64,000 nucleotides of DNA from an uncultured Acidobacteriota bacterium (GTDB lineage Bacteria > Acidobacteriota > Thermoanaerobaculia > UBA5066 > Gp7-AA6). The stretch is taken from NCBI GenBank assembly GCA_963815865.1, contig CAWFIK010000003.1:159127-223126 (forward strand), read 5' to 3'. The notes below the pieces were generated by a model. It had not been told where the DNA came from and searched no databases. It was given only the letters and a program-made list of their open reading frames with translations. A program made the position numbers and the translations under genes. Positions 9,681 to 18,166 of the stretch are shown in pieces (the stretch's first letter is position 1; every line of letters begins with the position of its first letter).

Positions 9681-10649
9681 ATGCTGAAGCTCGCGGGCGC
9701 GACGCCGGGCGAGTCTCGATGGACGAACATCCGACTTGCCATCCGCGAAGCTTCGAACGCGCTCAATGCGCACTGCGCACGCTTCAAGGGACCGGGGGAA
9801 GACTACTGCCAGGGAGACGGCGCCACGCGCCTTGCCGGTGAGCACGAGAATGCCTGGGCGGCGTGTTTCAACGGGAACAACTGGGTGGAGAACTCATCGA
9901 GGCGCCGCGCTTACGAGGCTTGCATGAGCGCCACCGACCCGTTTACGAAGTTGTGCGACCGGGACCGCAAGGCTTCGATGACCAGTTGTCCCTATTTCAC
10001 GGTGAGCTCCGGCGATGTCCACGAGCTCCAGTTCTACCACGATCGCTGGAGCACCGATCCGGACCACCTGCCGGCCACGGCCGTGGTTGTTTCCGGTCAG
10101 CCGGCTACGTCACCTGCTCGAGCCGGTGATCGTGCCGACGATGCCGAGGGCGGACTCCGGATTCACGCTCACCGTGCGCGGGCGCTTGGACAATGCGCTC
10201 GATGGCGAGTACAGCGCGGCCTCAACCCGTCGACAACGAGAATCTCCGCGATCGCCCCGGAAGTTACCGAAGGTTTGAAAGGGCGGGTTGAGCTGATCCC
10301 GGCTGGCACGGAAGTCTCCGTTTTCGTAAGGCTCGTCCCGCTTAACGGGTCAACGGCGAACGGTGGTCATCTCGATCTGCAGATCATCACCGAGAAGATC
10401 GGAAAAGCCAGGGATGGCCGGCTCGATTCGCAAAACGTTTACCGGCGCATCGCCTGGCCGGCCGCCGGTGCCGTGCTGCTGCCGGCCAATTCGACTCTGA
10501 GCTTCGCCACGCAGTGTGGCTGTCCCTACTCCATGTCAGTCGCGGAGTTCCGGAAACGCGCCGCTACCCGCGCGGCGTCCCGTCGGCGAGCGCCGCGACG
10601 AGCATCACGCGGGCGATCCTGGCGGGCAGCCGCATGCAGACCATTCTGA
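9681..10649 (+). pseudogene. degenerate ORF(s) in the lower-G+C insert (Cys-rich N-terminal part; later segments continue in other frames)
   Basis: Protein-like stretches occur in three + frames: CARFKGPGEDYC...SCPYFTVSSGDVHELQFY; ELIPAGTEVSVFVRLVPLNG; ILMEPINVTDIQSGKRFHARL; LKRGTDVYLKVTDTSSSQYGGHTARLEVDYAVVNGQQVPLKT. These suggest one frame-disrupted gene. Product unknown. Confidence 0.3.
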
Positions 10650-10888
10650 TGGAGCCGATCAACGTTACGGACATCCAGTCCGGAAAGCGATTTCACGCGC
10701 GATTGAATGTGATATGCAGCCACCAAGAGGCGCAAAGGACCGCGTTGACGCCTCGAGCTGAAGCGCGGCACGGATGTCTATCTGAAGGTCACGGATACGA
10801 GTAGCAGCCAATACGGCGGGCATACGGCCCGGCTCGAGGTTGACTATGCCGTCGTGAACGGCCAGCAGGTTCCCCTGAAAACGGCCGC

Positions 10889-11317
10889 GTGGCCGCTGCA
10901 GTTTGGCCCTCCAGTTGTCAATATCCAGCGTCGCGTGCCACGGTGGACGTCGTCCAGCCGGAAGGCCAGACCACTTGGTGGGACATCACCGAGCAAGTCG
11001 AGGTTTCAGCTGCCGGCATGAGTCCTGAGCAGCTGAAGCGGCTCGTGCCTCCCCCTGATCGAAACGAGCAGATGAGGTCTGGGGACAAGGCCTTGCACAG
11101 GGCCATCGCCGACTACAACCCCACCTGGATCAACTTCGGCATGATCGCGAACGGCACCGTCTCGCGCGTCGAGCAGAAGGGCGACTGGGAGATCCTCCAC
11201 TTTCAGGAGTCAGCCGACGACGGCTTTCTGGTCTGCTTTCCCGCGTCCGGCAGGCTCAGTTTCCGCGGTGATGGCAATGTGGTCGGCGGATTGGCGGTGA
11301 TGACTTTTCCGGACTGA
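10889..11317 (+). CDS. hypothetical protein (insert-borne)
   Basis: 142-codon ORF with non-repetitive composition (TWWDITEQVEVSAAGMSPEQLKRL...GDWEILHFQESADDGFLVCF). May be the continuation of the preceding disrupted gene. Confidence 0.3.
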   Translation: MAAAVWPSSCQYPASRATVDVVQPEGQTTWWDITEQVEVSAAGMSPEQLKRLVPPPDRNEQMRSGDKALHRAIADYNPTWINFGMIANGTVSRVEQKGDWEILHFQESADDGFLVCFPASGRLSFRGDGNVVGGLAVMTFPD

Positions 11318-11707
11318 TAGGAAAAACGGTCGAGATACGCGGAAAGGTCAGCCAGCTCAGGTGCTCCCCGAAAGCGGTCGGCATGGAGATCACCATACCG
11401 GCGCAGATCCAGATTCTTGAAGCGACTGGCCCTGCGCTCAAACCGCTCGACTCGGCTAAATAAGGAGCGCGCGAAAGGGTGTCAAGAGTCGGTAGTGTCC
11501 TAGTTTCAAACTCGGACACTGGCGCGGGAACCGCTCTCGGCTAAGTTCCGACGCAGTTCCGGGTCTGAGCAATCGCCGCGAGGGAAGCTGTCAGGGCAGC
11601 GGTCAGCAGTCGAGTCATGGATTCTCTAACGGCCTAGCACAGCCGGGCTTGCACGTTTCGGGTTTCAGGTGGAGGAGGGGCGGCGAACCGCCCCGGCCAC
11701 CGGACCT

Positions 11708-12177
11708 CTACTTGACTCCGAGCAGCTCGACCTCGAAGAAAAGCGTCGCGTTGGCTGGGATGGCGCCGGGATATCCCCGTGGCTCCGTAACCAAGCGACG
11801 GAGGAATCAGGAGGTTGCGCTTGCCGCCGACCTTCATCGTGGCGATCCCCTCGTCCCACCCCTTGATCACCATGCCCTGGCCGAGCGGGAACTCAAGGGC
11901 GTGCCCCGGTCCACGGAGCTGTCGAACTTCTTGCCCTTCGCGCCGTCCTGCCAGAGCCACCCCGTGTAGTGCATCACGCAGGTCTGGCCCTTTTGGGCTC
12001 GGCGCCCGTGCCGACCTTGACGTCCTCGTACTGGAGACCGCTCGGCGTCTTTTGCATCTTCGATTCGCCTTTCTTCTCCTTGTCGGCGTTCCCCTTCTTC
12101 TCATCGCCGGACGCGGGGAACGCCGCCAGGGTGATCGCCGCGAGGGCCGCCACGAGAATCGACGCTGTCCTCTTCAT
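11708..12177 (-). pseudogene. FKBP-type peptidyl-prolyl cis-trans isomerase, secreted; three frameshifts as sequenced
   Basis: [24 protein letters not shown]...[21 protein letters not shown] / [29 protein letters not shown] / [40 protein letters not shown] / [21 protein letters not shown] lie in different frames. Shifts are near 11985, 11893 and 11776. Confidence 0.75.
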
Positions 12178-12237
12178 TCGGTACCGTTTCCTTTCAAGCA
12201 AAATCGGGCCTTCCCATTAAGGCGCGCGCGACGCATT

Positions 12238-12834
12238 ATGACGGATGGAGATTCCCTCTCAACCCGGAAGAGAGCGGAGGATGCGAGGACGGAAGTGGAA
12301 GACGCAGGCTATCTCGGAGAGGCGATCCATCAATTCCGAGGCCTGAAGAAACTCTCGGACCGCGCGCTCGCCCAGACGGCGCCGGAGGACTTCTTCAAGA
12401 CGCTCGACGCGGAATCCAACAGCATCGCGCTCATCGTGAAGCACATCGCCGGCAACCTGCGCTCGCGCTGGACCGATTTTCTGACGAGCGACGGAGAGAA
12501 GGAGGACCGGCACCGGGACTCCGAGTTCCTCGTCGAGCCGGCCGACACGCGCGAGAGTCTCGAGGAGCGCTGGAACGAGGGGTGGAGCGTTCTCTTTGCG
12601 GCGCTCGAGCCCCTCAAGGCCGAGGATCTCCAGAGGATCGTGACGATCCGCGGCAAGCCGCACACGGTGCTCCGGGCGATCAACCGGCAGCTCGTCCATT
12701 ACGCCTACCACGTCGGGCAGCTCGTGTTCCTGGCGAAGCACTTCGCCGGGAGCCGCTGGGAATCGCTCTCCATTCCGCGCGGAAGGTCGGAAGAGGCCAA
12801 CGATCGGCGGCCGGATCGAGGGGTCACGCGTTGA
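12238..12834 (+). CDS. DinB/DUF1572-like four-helix-bundle protein
   Basis: 198 aa. NSIALIVKHIAGNLRSRW ... RAINRQLVHYAYHVGQLVFL matches the DinB-family histidine pattern. Confidence 0.75.
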   Translation: MTDGDSLSTRKRAEDARTEVEDAGYLGEAIHQFRGLKKLSDRALAQTAPEDFFKTLDAESNSIALIVKHIAGNLRSRWTDFLTSDGEKEDRHRDSEFLVEPADTRESLEERWNEGWSVLFAALEPLKAEDLQRIVTIRGKPHTVLRAINRQLVHYAYHVGQLVFLAKHFAGSRWESLSIPRGRSEEANDRRPDRGVTR

Positions 12835-12947
12835 TTCCGATCCGTCTGCATCAGGACCAATGTCCTAGAGACAAACGGGAGCGGTAGAGGCAGAATGAAT
12901 ATCAATTTGAGTTCGTGTGGGGGTGCGATTTTTCGGGGGCGGAGAGC

Positions 12948-13316
12948 ATGGGCACGCACGACAAGCGGAATCATCAGCCGAAACCGTGGATTCAGAACGG
13001 CCGCGACATCCTCGATGCCAGCGGCTGGACGCTGGCGAGCGCGCGATTCCCGGACGACGCGCGCCGCATCGTCGCGGCGATCAACGCCGTGCAGGGGATC
13101 CCGACGGAATCGCTGGAGTCGTGGTCCGTCAACGTGATCGGCGAGCCGGCGGAAGCGGTCGTCCCGTTGGAGGAGGAAGAACTCTCCTCTGGCTCGGATC
13201 TTCCCAACGACCGCCGCGCAAACGAGCGTCGCCACGGCGTTCGCCACCCGTCGCGTCCCCCGTTCGCGGCGGCGCGCCCGCAACCCGAAGGTGAACGGGG
13301 AAGCGACAGCCGTTGA
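12948..13316 (+). CDS. hypothetical small protein
   Basis: ATG 12948 within ORF 12915-13316. The N-terminal two thirds are protein-like (WIQNGRDILDASGWTLASARFPDDARRIVAAINAVQGIP); the tail is low-complexity. Confidence 0.35.
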   Translation: MGTHDKRNHQPKPWIQNGRDILDASGWTLASARFPDDARRIVAAINAVQGIPTESLESWSVNVIGEPAEAVVPLEEEELSSGSDLPNDRRANERRHGVRHPSRPPFAAARPQPEGERGSDSR

Positions 13317-13379
13317 GGTTGAATCCCCTGGCGTCACCTCGTTCTAGTCGGGTGGCTATACTCGTCCGGGCCCGAGATA

Positions 13380-14252
13380 ATGCTCTTGGTTAAGGCGTCG
13401 CTCGGCGGTGGACCGATCGTCCTTCGAGGCTCGACAGGTTGGCGAGTTCTCTGTCGCGGGGGCGCCTTTGCGGTGGGGTCTCTTCTCGTTCTTGGGATTC
13501 TGCCGGTTGGGTGCTCCCGGTTCGCGAGCGAGAAGCTCATCGTTCTTCGTTTCACACCAAAGGAGAACGTCAGCGCCAACATCCCGGCAACCGAGGGGAT
13601 CTCCGCGAATCGCACGATCGAGGTACTTCCCCTGACAGATGCCCGAGGCCTCTCCGATCGGAAGCTCGTCGGAGAAAATCGTGAGCACAGCACGGCGGTT
13701 CCGGTCCGAGCAACTTCCTCGATCGAAGAGTTTGCGACGACGGTCCTGAAGAGATGCCTCGTGGAGTGGGGCGTCCGGCTCGGAAATGAGGACCTCGTGC
13801 TTCACGGTGAGATCGCGAACTTGCTCGTGACGGAAGATCAAACCTACTCGACGGCTGTCTCCATGCGTTTCCGCCTGGAGGATCGAACCGGCAAAATGCT
13901 CTGGGAAGGCGTCGTGATGGGAGATGCCCACCAGTGGGGCAGTTCGTTCAAGGAAGAGAACTACAACGAGGAGATCAGCGACGCGCTCAAGAGAACGTAT
14001 GCAAACCTGATCGGGAACGCCGGATTCCAGAAGGCATGGATGGGTCAGCGGGCATCCGGTGAACAGCCGCTCTCACCAACCGATCTCAAAGGGAAAATCC
14101 TCGAGATGATGCGGGCCGGTGTCGGTACGGAGGTGATCGTCGGCTACGTGAAGAGCCTCAAGGGATCGGTGTCTCTTGGCGCGGACCAGATTGTTGACTG
14201 GAAGAGGGCCGGGATCCCGGACGCTGTGCTTGAGGCGGCGGTATCGCATTGA
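13380..14252 (+). CDS. putative lipoprotein
   Basis: 290 aa. Lipobox-like LGILPVGC near the N-terminus and balanced composition. No family recognised. Confidence 0.65.
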   Translation: MLLVKASLGGGPIVLRGSTGWRVLCRGGAFAVGSLLVLGILPVGCSRFASEKLIVLRFTPKENVSANIPATEGISANRTIEVLPLTDARGLSDRKLVGENREHSTAVPVRATSSIEEFATTVLKRCLVEWGVRLGNEDLVLHGEIANLLVTEDQTYSTAVSMRFRLEDRTGKMLWEGVVMGDAHQWGSSFKEENYNEEISDALKRTYANLIGNAGFQKAWMGQRASGEQPLSPTDLKGKILEMMRAGVGTEVIVGYVKSLKGSVSLGADQIVDWKRAGIPDAVLEAAVSH

Positions 14253-14297
14253 CTCGTCTCTTCTCCATCCTCTGACCTGGAGCCACGAGAAACAACG

Positions 14298-14969
14298 ATG
14301 GAAAACACGCGCCTTCTCTTCGATGGTCCGGAGGATTCTCCGATCACGCTCGTGCTCGCGCACGGCGCGGGCGCGCCGATGAACTCCGCGTTCATGAACG
14401 TCGTGGCGCTCGGCGTGTCCGAGGGCGGCGTGCGGGTGGCGCGCTTCGAGTTTCCCTATATGCGAGCGAGGCGGGAAGGGGGGAAGCGCGGGGCGCCCGA
14501 TCGCGGCCCTGTCCTCGAGCAGGCGTGGCGCGAGGTGATCGCGGAGTTGGGCGGCGGCAAGCGTCTCGTCATCGGCGGCAAGTCTCTCGGAGGGCGCATC
14601 GCGAGCATGGTCGCCGACGAGGCCGGCGTCCGCGGGCTCGTCTGCCTCGGATATCCGTTCCATCCGCCGGGCAAACCCGACCGTCTCCGCACGAAGCACC
14701 TCGAGACACTGCGCACGCCCGCGCTCCTCGTGCAAGGCACGCGCGACTCGTTGGGATCGCGCGAGGACGTCGCGGGCTATCGGCTCTCCGCCGCGATCCG
14801 GATCGTCTGGATCGAGGATGGAGACCACTCCTTCAAGCCGCGGGCAAGCTCCGGCCGTACCGAGCCGCAGAACCTTTCGGAGGCCATCGCCCGCGTCCGG
14901 GAGTTCGTTTCCTCGGTCGTGCCCCCTGCCCCTACGGCGCCGAGGGAGCGGTCTTTCCGAGCTGGGTAA
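14298..14969 (+). CDS. alpha/beta hydrolase (KANL3/Tex30-like, dienelactone-hydrolase fold)
   Basis: LVLAHGAGAPMNS..., nucleophile elbow GGKSLGGR, LVQGTRDSLG, EDGDHSF. Order is consistent with a Ser-Asp-His triad. Confidence 0.8.
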   Translation: MENTRLLFDGPEDSPITLVLAHGAGAPMNSAFMNVVALGVSEGGVRVARFEFPYMRARREGGKRGAPDRGPVLEQAWREVIAELGGGKRLVIGGKSLGGRIASMVADEAGVRGLVCLGYPFHPPGKPDRLRTKHLETLRTPALLVQGTRDSLGSREDVAGYRLSAAIRIVWIEDGDHSFKPRASSGRTEPQNLSEAIARVREFVSSVVPPAPTAPRERSFRAG

Positions 14970-15123
14970 TGAGGTCCTTCAGGAAGACTTCCTTCCTCTT
15001 CAGGTCGTCACGAAACTCCATGCTGTCGGTATTGGCCACCTCCATCCGGAGGTCCGAGACGTATTCCGCCAGCACTTGCGCCAGGGTTTCCGCCTGTTCG
15101 GGGTTCAGAGTCAGTGTCGGCAC
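14932..15123 (-). CDS. small hypothetical protein
   Basis: 63-codon ORF, helical and charged (EQAETLAQVLAEYVSDLRMEVANTDSMEFRDDLKRKEVFLKDL). Converges on the previous gene. Confidence 0.4.
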   Translation of the reverse strand: MPTLTLNPEQAETLAQVLAEYVSDLRMEVANTDSMEFRDDLKRKEVFLKDLITQLGKTAPSAP

Positions 15124-15182
15124 GATGGCACCTCCGGGGAGAAGTCTCGCATGAGCGAAGGCGCGGGCGATAAGCTCTCCTC

Positions 15183-15425
15183 ATGGCCAGGGGTTGGGGC
15201 CGCAGCGAGGAGGACCTGGGAGCCGAGAAAGAGCAGGCCGCGGATGAGAGGGGCGCCGGACCGAGCGTCCGTCGCCCCGACGCCGAGACGATCGCCGCCC
15301 GCCGGCGCATCCAGATGATGCTTGCGCGCATCGACGAGCAGCTCGCCAGGAACCCGAGCCCCGCTCGCCGCGCGGCCCTCGAAATCGCGCGATCGGAGAT
15401 CCTCGCTCGAGTCCCCTCCGAATGA
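15183..15425 (+). CDS. small hypothetical protein coupled to xth
   Basis: 80-codon ORF whose stop overlaps the xth ATG (ATGA at 15422-15425). Confidence 0.45.
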   Translation: MARGWGRSEEDLGAEKEQAADERGAGPSVRRPDAETIAARRRIQMMLARIDEQLARNPSPARRAALEIARSEILARVPSE

Positions 15426-16168
15426 AGATCGCGACCTGGAACGTCAACGGCATCCGCGCGCGCGAGGCGCAGCTGCGGGAATGGATCGAGCGCGACCGGC
15501 CGGACGTCGTCTGCCTCCAGGAGATCAAGGCGCACTCGAGCCAGGTGCCCGCGGCCCTCTGCGAGATGGAAGGGTACTGGTGCTACTGGCACGGAGAGAA
15601 GGCGTACTCCGGCGTCGGGCTGCACGTCCGCAAAGACGTCTTTCCCGAGAGGCCGGAATTCTCCCACCCCGCGTTCGACAACGAGAACCGGATCGTGGTG
15701 GCGAAGATGGCGGGACTCTCCGTCGCCTCCGTGTACGTTCCCAACGGCGGCAAAGACTTTCCCGCGAAGATGCGGTTCCTCGAGGCGATGTCCGGCTACG
15801 TCGCCGAGGCCCGGGCGTCGGGCTGCCAGCTCGTCCTCTGCGGCGACCTGAACGTCGCGCGCACCGACAAGGACGTCCACCCCAAGGAGTTGAAGCCCGG
15901 TGCGATCGGCCAGCGCCCCGACGAGCGCGAAGTCTTCGAGCGAATCCTCTCCGCCGGCGTCGTGGACGTCGCCCGAGCCCTCGACCCCGACAACGAGAAT
16001 CTCTTCACCTGGTGGGCTCCCTGGCGAAACCTCCGCCAGCGCAATATCGGCTGGCGAATTGATTACATCCTGGCGAGCGAGGGCCTGGCCGGGAAGGCGA
16101 CGAGTTGTGCCGTGCTGGCGGACGTCGGGACGAGTGACCACGCGCCGGTCGTTGCCGAATTCAGCTAA
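15422..16168 (+). CDS. xth: exodeoxyribonuclease III
   Basis: MKIATWNVNGIRAR...DVVCLQEIK...GDLNVA...WRIDYIL...SDHAPVV. Classic EEP-fold ExoIII/APE1 motifs. Confidence 0.95.
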   Translation: MKIATWNVNGIRAREAQLREWIERDRPDVVCLQEIKAHSSQVPAALCEMEGYWCYWHGEKAYSGVGLHVRKDVFPERPEFSHPAFDNENRIVVAKMAGLSVASVYVPNGGKDFPAKMRFLEAMSGYVAEARASGCQLVLCGDLNVARTDKDVHPKELKPGAIGQRPDEREVFERILSAGVVDVARALDPDNENLFTWWAPWRNLRQRNIGWRIDYILASEGLAGKATSCAVLADVGTSDHAPVVAEFS

Positions 16169-16173
16169 GAGAA

Positions 16174-16295
16174 GGTGTCAGGTTTGGGGTGTCAGGGGAA
16201 ATGCAGGTGCCAGGTGTCGGGTATCAGGTGTCAGGGAAGACGGGGCCCCGTTCCAGAACCTGACACCTGGCACCTGATACCTGATACCCGCATTT
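16174..16295. repeat. R2 palindromic repeat, second copy
   Basis: aaatgcaggtgccaggtgtcgggtatcaggtgtcaggg ... cctgacacctggcacctgatacctgatacccgcattt, immediately after the xth stop. Confidence 0.85.
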
Positions 16296-16334
16296 GCCCT
16301 GGCACCTTTCGTCTCGCGGCAGAATACCTTGCCT

Positions 16335-16470
16335 GTCATTCCGAGGAGCGAAGCGAAGAGGGATCTGCTCCGTAACTCTGGAAACACCGGAGCAGATCCT
16401 TCGCTTCGCTCAGGATGACAGGGGGAGGGACGCTCAGGATGACAGGGGGAGGGGACGCTCGGGATGAGAG
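16335..16470. repeat. R1 palindromic repeat plus a short tandem reiteration of its right end
   Basis: Complete hairpin at 16335-16420, followed by gggggagggacgctcaggatgaca / gggggaggggacgctcgggatgag, which are partial direct repeats. Confidence 0.85.
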
Positions 16471-16522
16471 GGGTAAGGGAAGGACGCAGAGCGGGATAGA
16501 ATTTTTTCGAGTAGCCAATCCA

Positions 16523-17689
16523 ATGAGCACCAGGGAGGAACGCGCGACAGGACTCGATCGGCGCCGGTTTCTCGCGCTGGCCGGGGCGGCGGCGCTGCTG
16601 CCTGCGGTGAAGGCTTCTCTTCCGCCGGGCGCGGTGCCGAATTCCAGGAGGCGGATGCTCCAGGTCAACGGCTACCCGACCGACGCGGAGACGCCGCTTG
16701 ATGCGCTGACAACGTACATCACGCCGAACGATCTCTTCTTCGTGCGCCACCACTGGAACCCCGCGTACCAGAACGCCCAGCGCTGGGCCTTGACGGTGGA
16801 CGGCGAGGTGGAGCGTCCGCTGCGTTTGACGATCGCGGATCTGAAGAGAATGCCGCGCGCGACCGCGACGTGCGTGCTCCAGTGCGCGGGCAATGGCCGC
16901 GGTCTCTACAAGCCGGTCCTGCCGGGCGTGCAATGGAAATACGGCGCCGTCGGGAACGCGCTCTGGACGGGGGTGCGCGTCCAGGAGCTGCTCGACCGCG
17001 CCGGTAGGAAGTCCTCCGCGCTGCATCTCCACACGTTCGGAGCCGACAAGCCGCCCGAGAAGGTCCCGCCGTTTCACCGGAGCGTCGAGATCGAGAAGGC
17101 GCTCGAAGACGCGCTCGTCGCCTACGAGATGAACGGCGAGCCGCTCGCTTCCCTGCACGGCGCGCCTGCGCGGCTCGTCGTTCCCGGCTGGGCGGGCGAC
17201 CACTGGATGAAATGGCTGACGCGCCTCTCGCCGCAGCCGGAGCCGCAGAAGGGCTTCTACATGGAGACGGCGTACAAGTATCCGAAGGAGCCGGGAGCGC
17301 CCGGGGTGACGTTCAAGCCGGAAGAGATGCGTCCGGTGACCGAGCTCTTCGTCAAGTCGAACATCACCGAAGCGCCCCCGCGCGCGCGGGTGGGCGAGGC
17401 GATCGCGGTCCGGGGTTTCGCGTTCTCCGGAGCGAAGGACATCGCGAAGGTGGAAGTCTCCGACGACGGCGGGACGTCCTGGCGCGCGGCCGCGCTCGAC
17501 CCGCAGCACGATCCTTATGCCTGGCGGCTCTGGTCCTTCCGCTACACGCCGGCGGCCGCCGGCCGGGTCACGCTCTTCGCTCGCGCGACGGATGTCCGGG
17601 GCGCCGAGCAGCCGCGGGAAGCGGTGTGGAACCAGAGCGGCTACCTTTACAACGGCTGGCACTCCGCCGAGATCGAGGTGACCGCGTGA
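16523..17689 (+). CDS. molybdopterin-dependent sulfite oxidase/dehydrogenase family protein (SorA-like), Tat-exported
   Basis: Tat motif LDRRRFLALAGAAAL. Mo-ligand Cys motif VLQCAGNGRG. FVRHHW and GWAGDHWMKWL present, plus a C-terminal dimerisation-domain-like region. Confidence 0.85.
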   Translation: MSTREERATGLDRRRFLALAGAAALLPAVKASLPPGAVPNSRRRMLQVNGYPTDAETPLDALTTYITPNDLFFVRHHWNPAYQNAQRWALTVDGEVERPLRLTIADLKRMPRATATCVLQCAGNGRGLYKPVLPGVQWKYGAVGNALWTGVRVQELLDRAGRKSSALHLHTFGADKPPEKVPPFHRSVEIEKALEDALVAYEMNGEPLASLHGAPARLVVPGWAGDHWMKWLTRLSPQPEPQKGFYMETAYKYPKEPGAPGVTFKPEEMRPVTELFVKSNITEAPPRARVGEAIAVRGFAFSGAKDIAKVEVSDDGGTSWRAAALDPQHDPYAWRLWSFRYTPAAAGRVTLFARATDVRGAEQPREAVWNQSGYLYNGWHSAEIEVTA

Positions 17690-18105
17690 GGCGACGGCTC
17701 GCCGTCCTGCCGCTCCTGCTCTTCGCGTTCCTCCTTTGGTGCCTGCCCGAAGGCACGGATGCCGCCGCGAAGAGAAAGAAGAAATCTCCGAAGTCGAAGG
17801 CGAAAGAGGTCCCCGTCAATTTCGACAAGAACCTGCCGGTCCTGGGGACGCGGCTGGCGACGCTGCCTCCGGGCGAAGGGAAGGCGCTGGTCGAGATCGC
17901 CTGCGTGCGCTGCCACTCCGGCGACATGCTCCGGCAGCAGCGCTTGAACGAGAAGCAGTGGAGCGCGAGCGTCGCGAAGATGGTCGGCTGGGGAGCGCCG
18001 GTGCCGGAATCTTCGAGGGATGCGCTCATCGCCTATCTCGTCGCGAATTTCGGTCCGGACAACGACCGCTTCGAGCCCGTCGTGACGCGGCCGGTCGGCC
18101 GCTGA
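17686..18105 (+). CDS. monohaem cytochrome c (SorB-like partner)
   Basis: GTG overlaps the SorA-like stop (GTGA). Signal/anchor LAVLPLLLFAFLLW and haem motif CVRCHSGDM. Confidence 0.75.
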   Translation: MRRRLAVLPLLLFAFLLWCLPEGTDAAAKRKKKSPKSKAKEVPVNFDKNLPVLGTRLATLPPGEGKALVEIACVRCHSGDMLRQQRLNEKQWSASVAKMVGWGAPVPESSRDALIAYLVANFGPDNDRFEPVVTRPVGR

Positions 18106-18166
18106 TCCGCCGCCAATCGCAACCCGCAAGCCCTTTGCGCGTATCCTCGACAGGGAGGTCATTTTC

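Noticed and set aside
11485-11525. Hairpin agtgtcc-tagtttcaaactc-ggacact containing UUCAAA. Considered as a tRNA-Sec anticodon arm because of the two selenoprotein candidates.
   Set aside because: The loop is 13 nt rather than 7, and no acceptor, D or T arms can be drawn around it. It is probably just a hairpin inside the insert.
9300-11640. Looked for an integrase, transposase, or terminal inverted or direct repeats that would define the two inserts (also 22466-23595) as autonomous mobile elements.
   Set aside because: No recombinase-like ORF or clear terminal repeats were seen in either insert. They are therefore reported only as insertion footprints, not as annotated mobile elements.
16415-16522. 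Upstream ATG 16415 as the start of the sulfite-oxidase-like gene.
   Set aside because: That ATG lies inside the R1 repeat and its tandem tail. The Tat motif and homology begin after ATG 16523.
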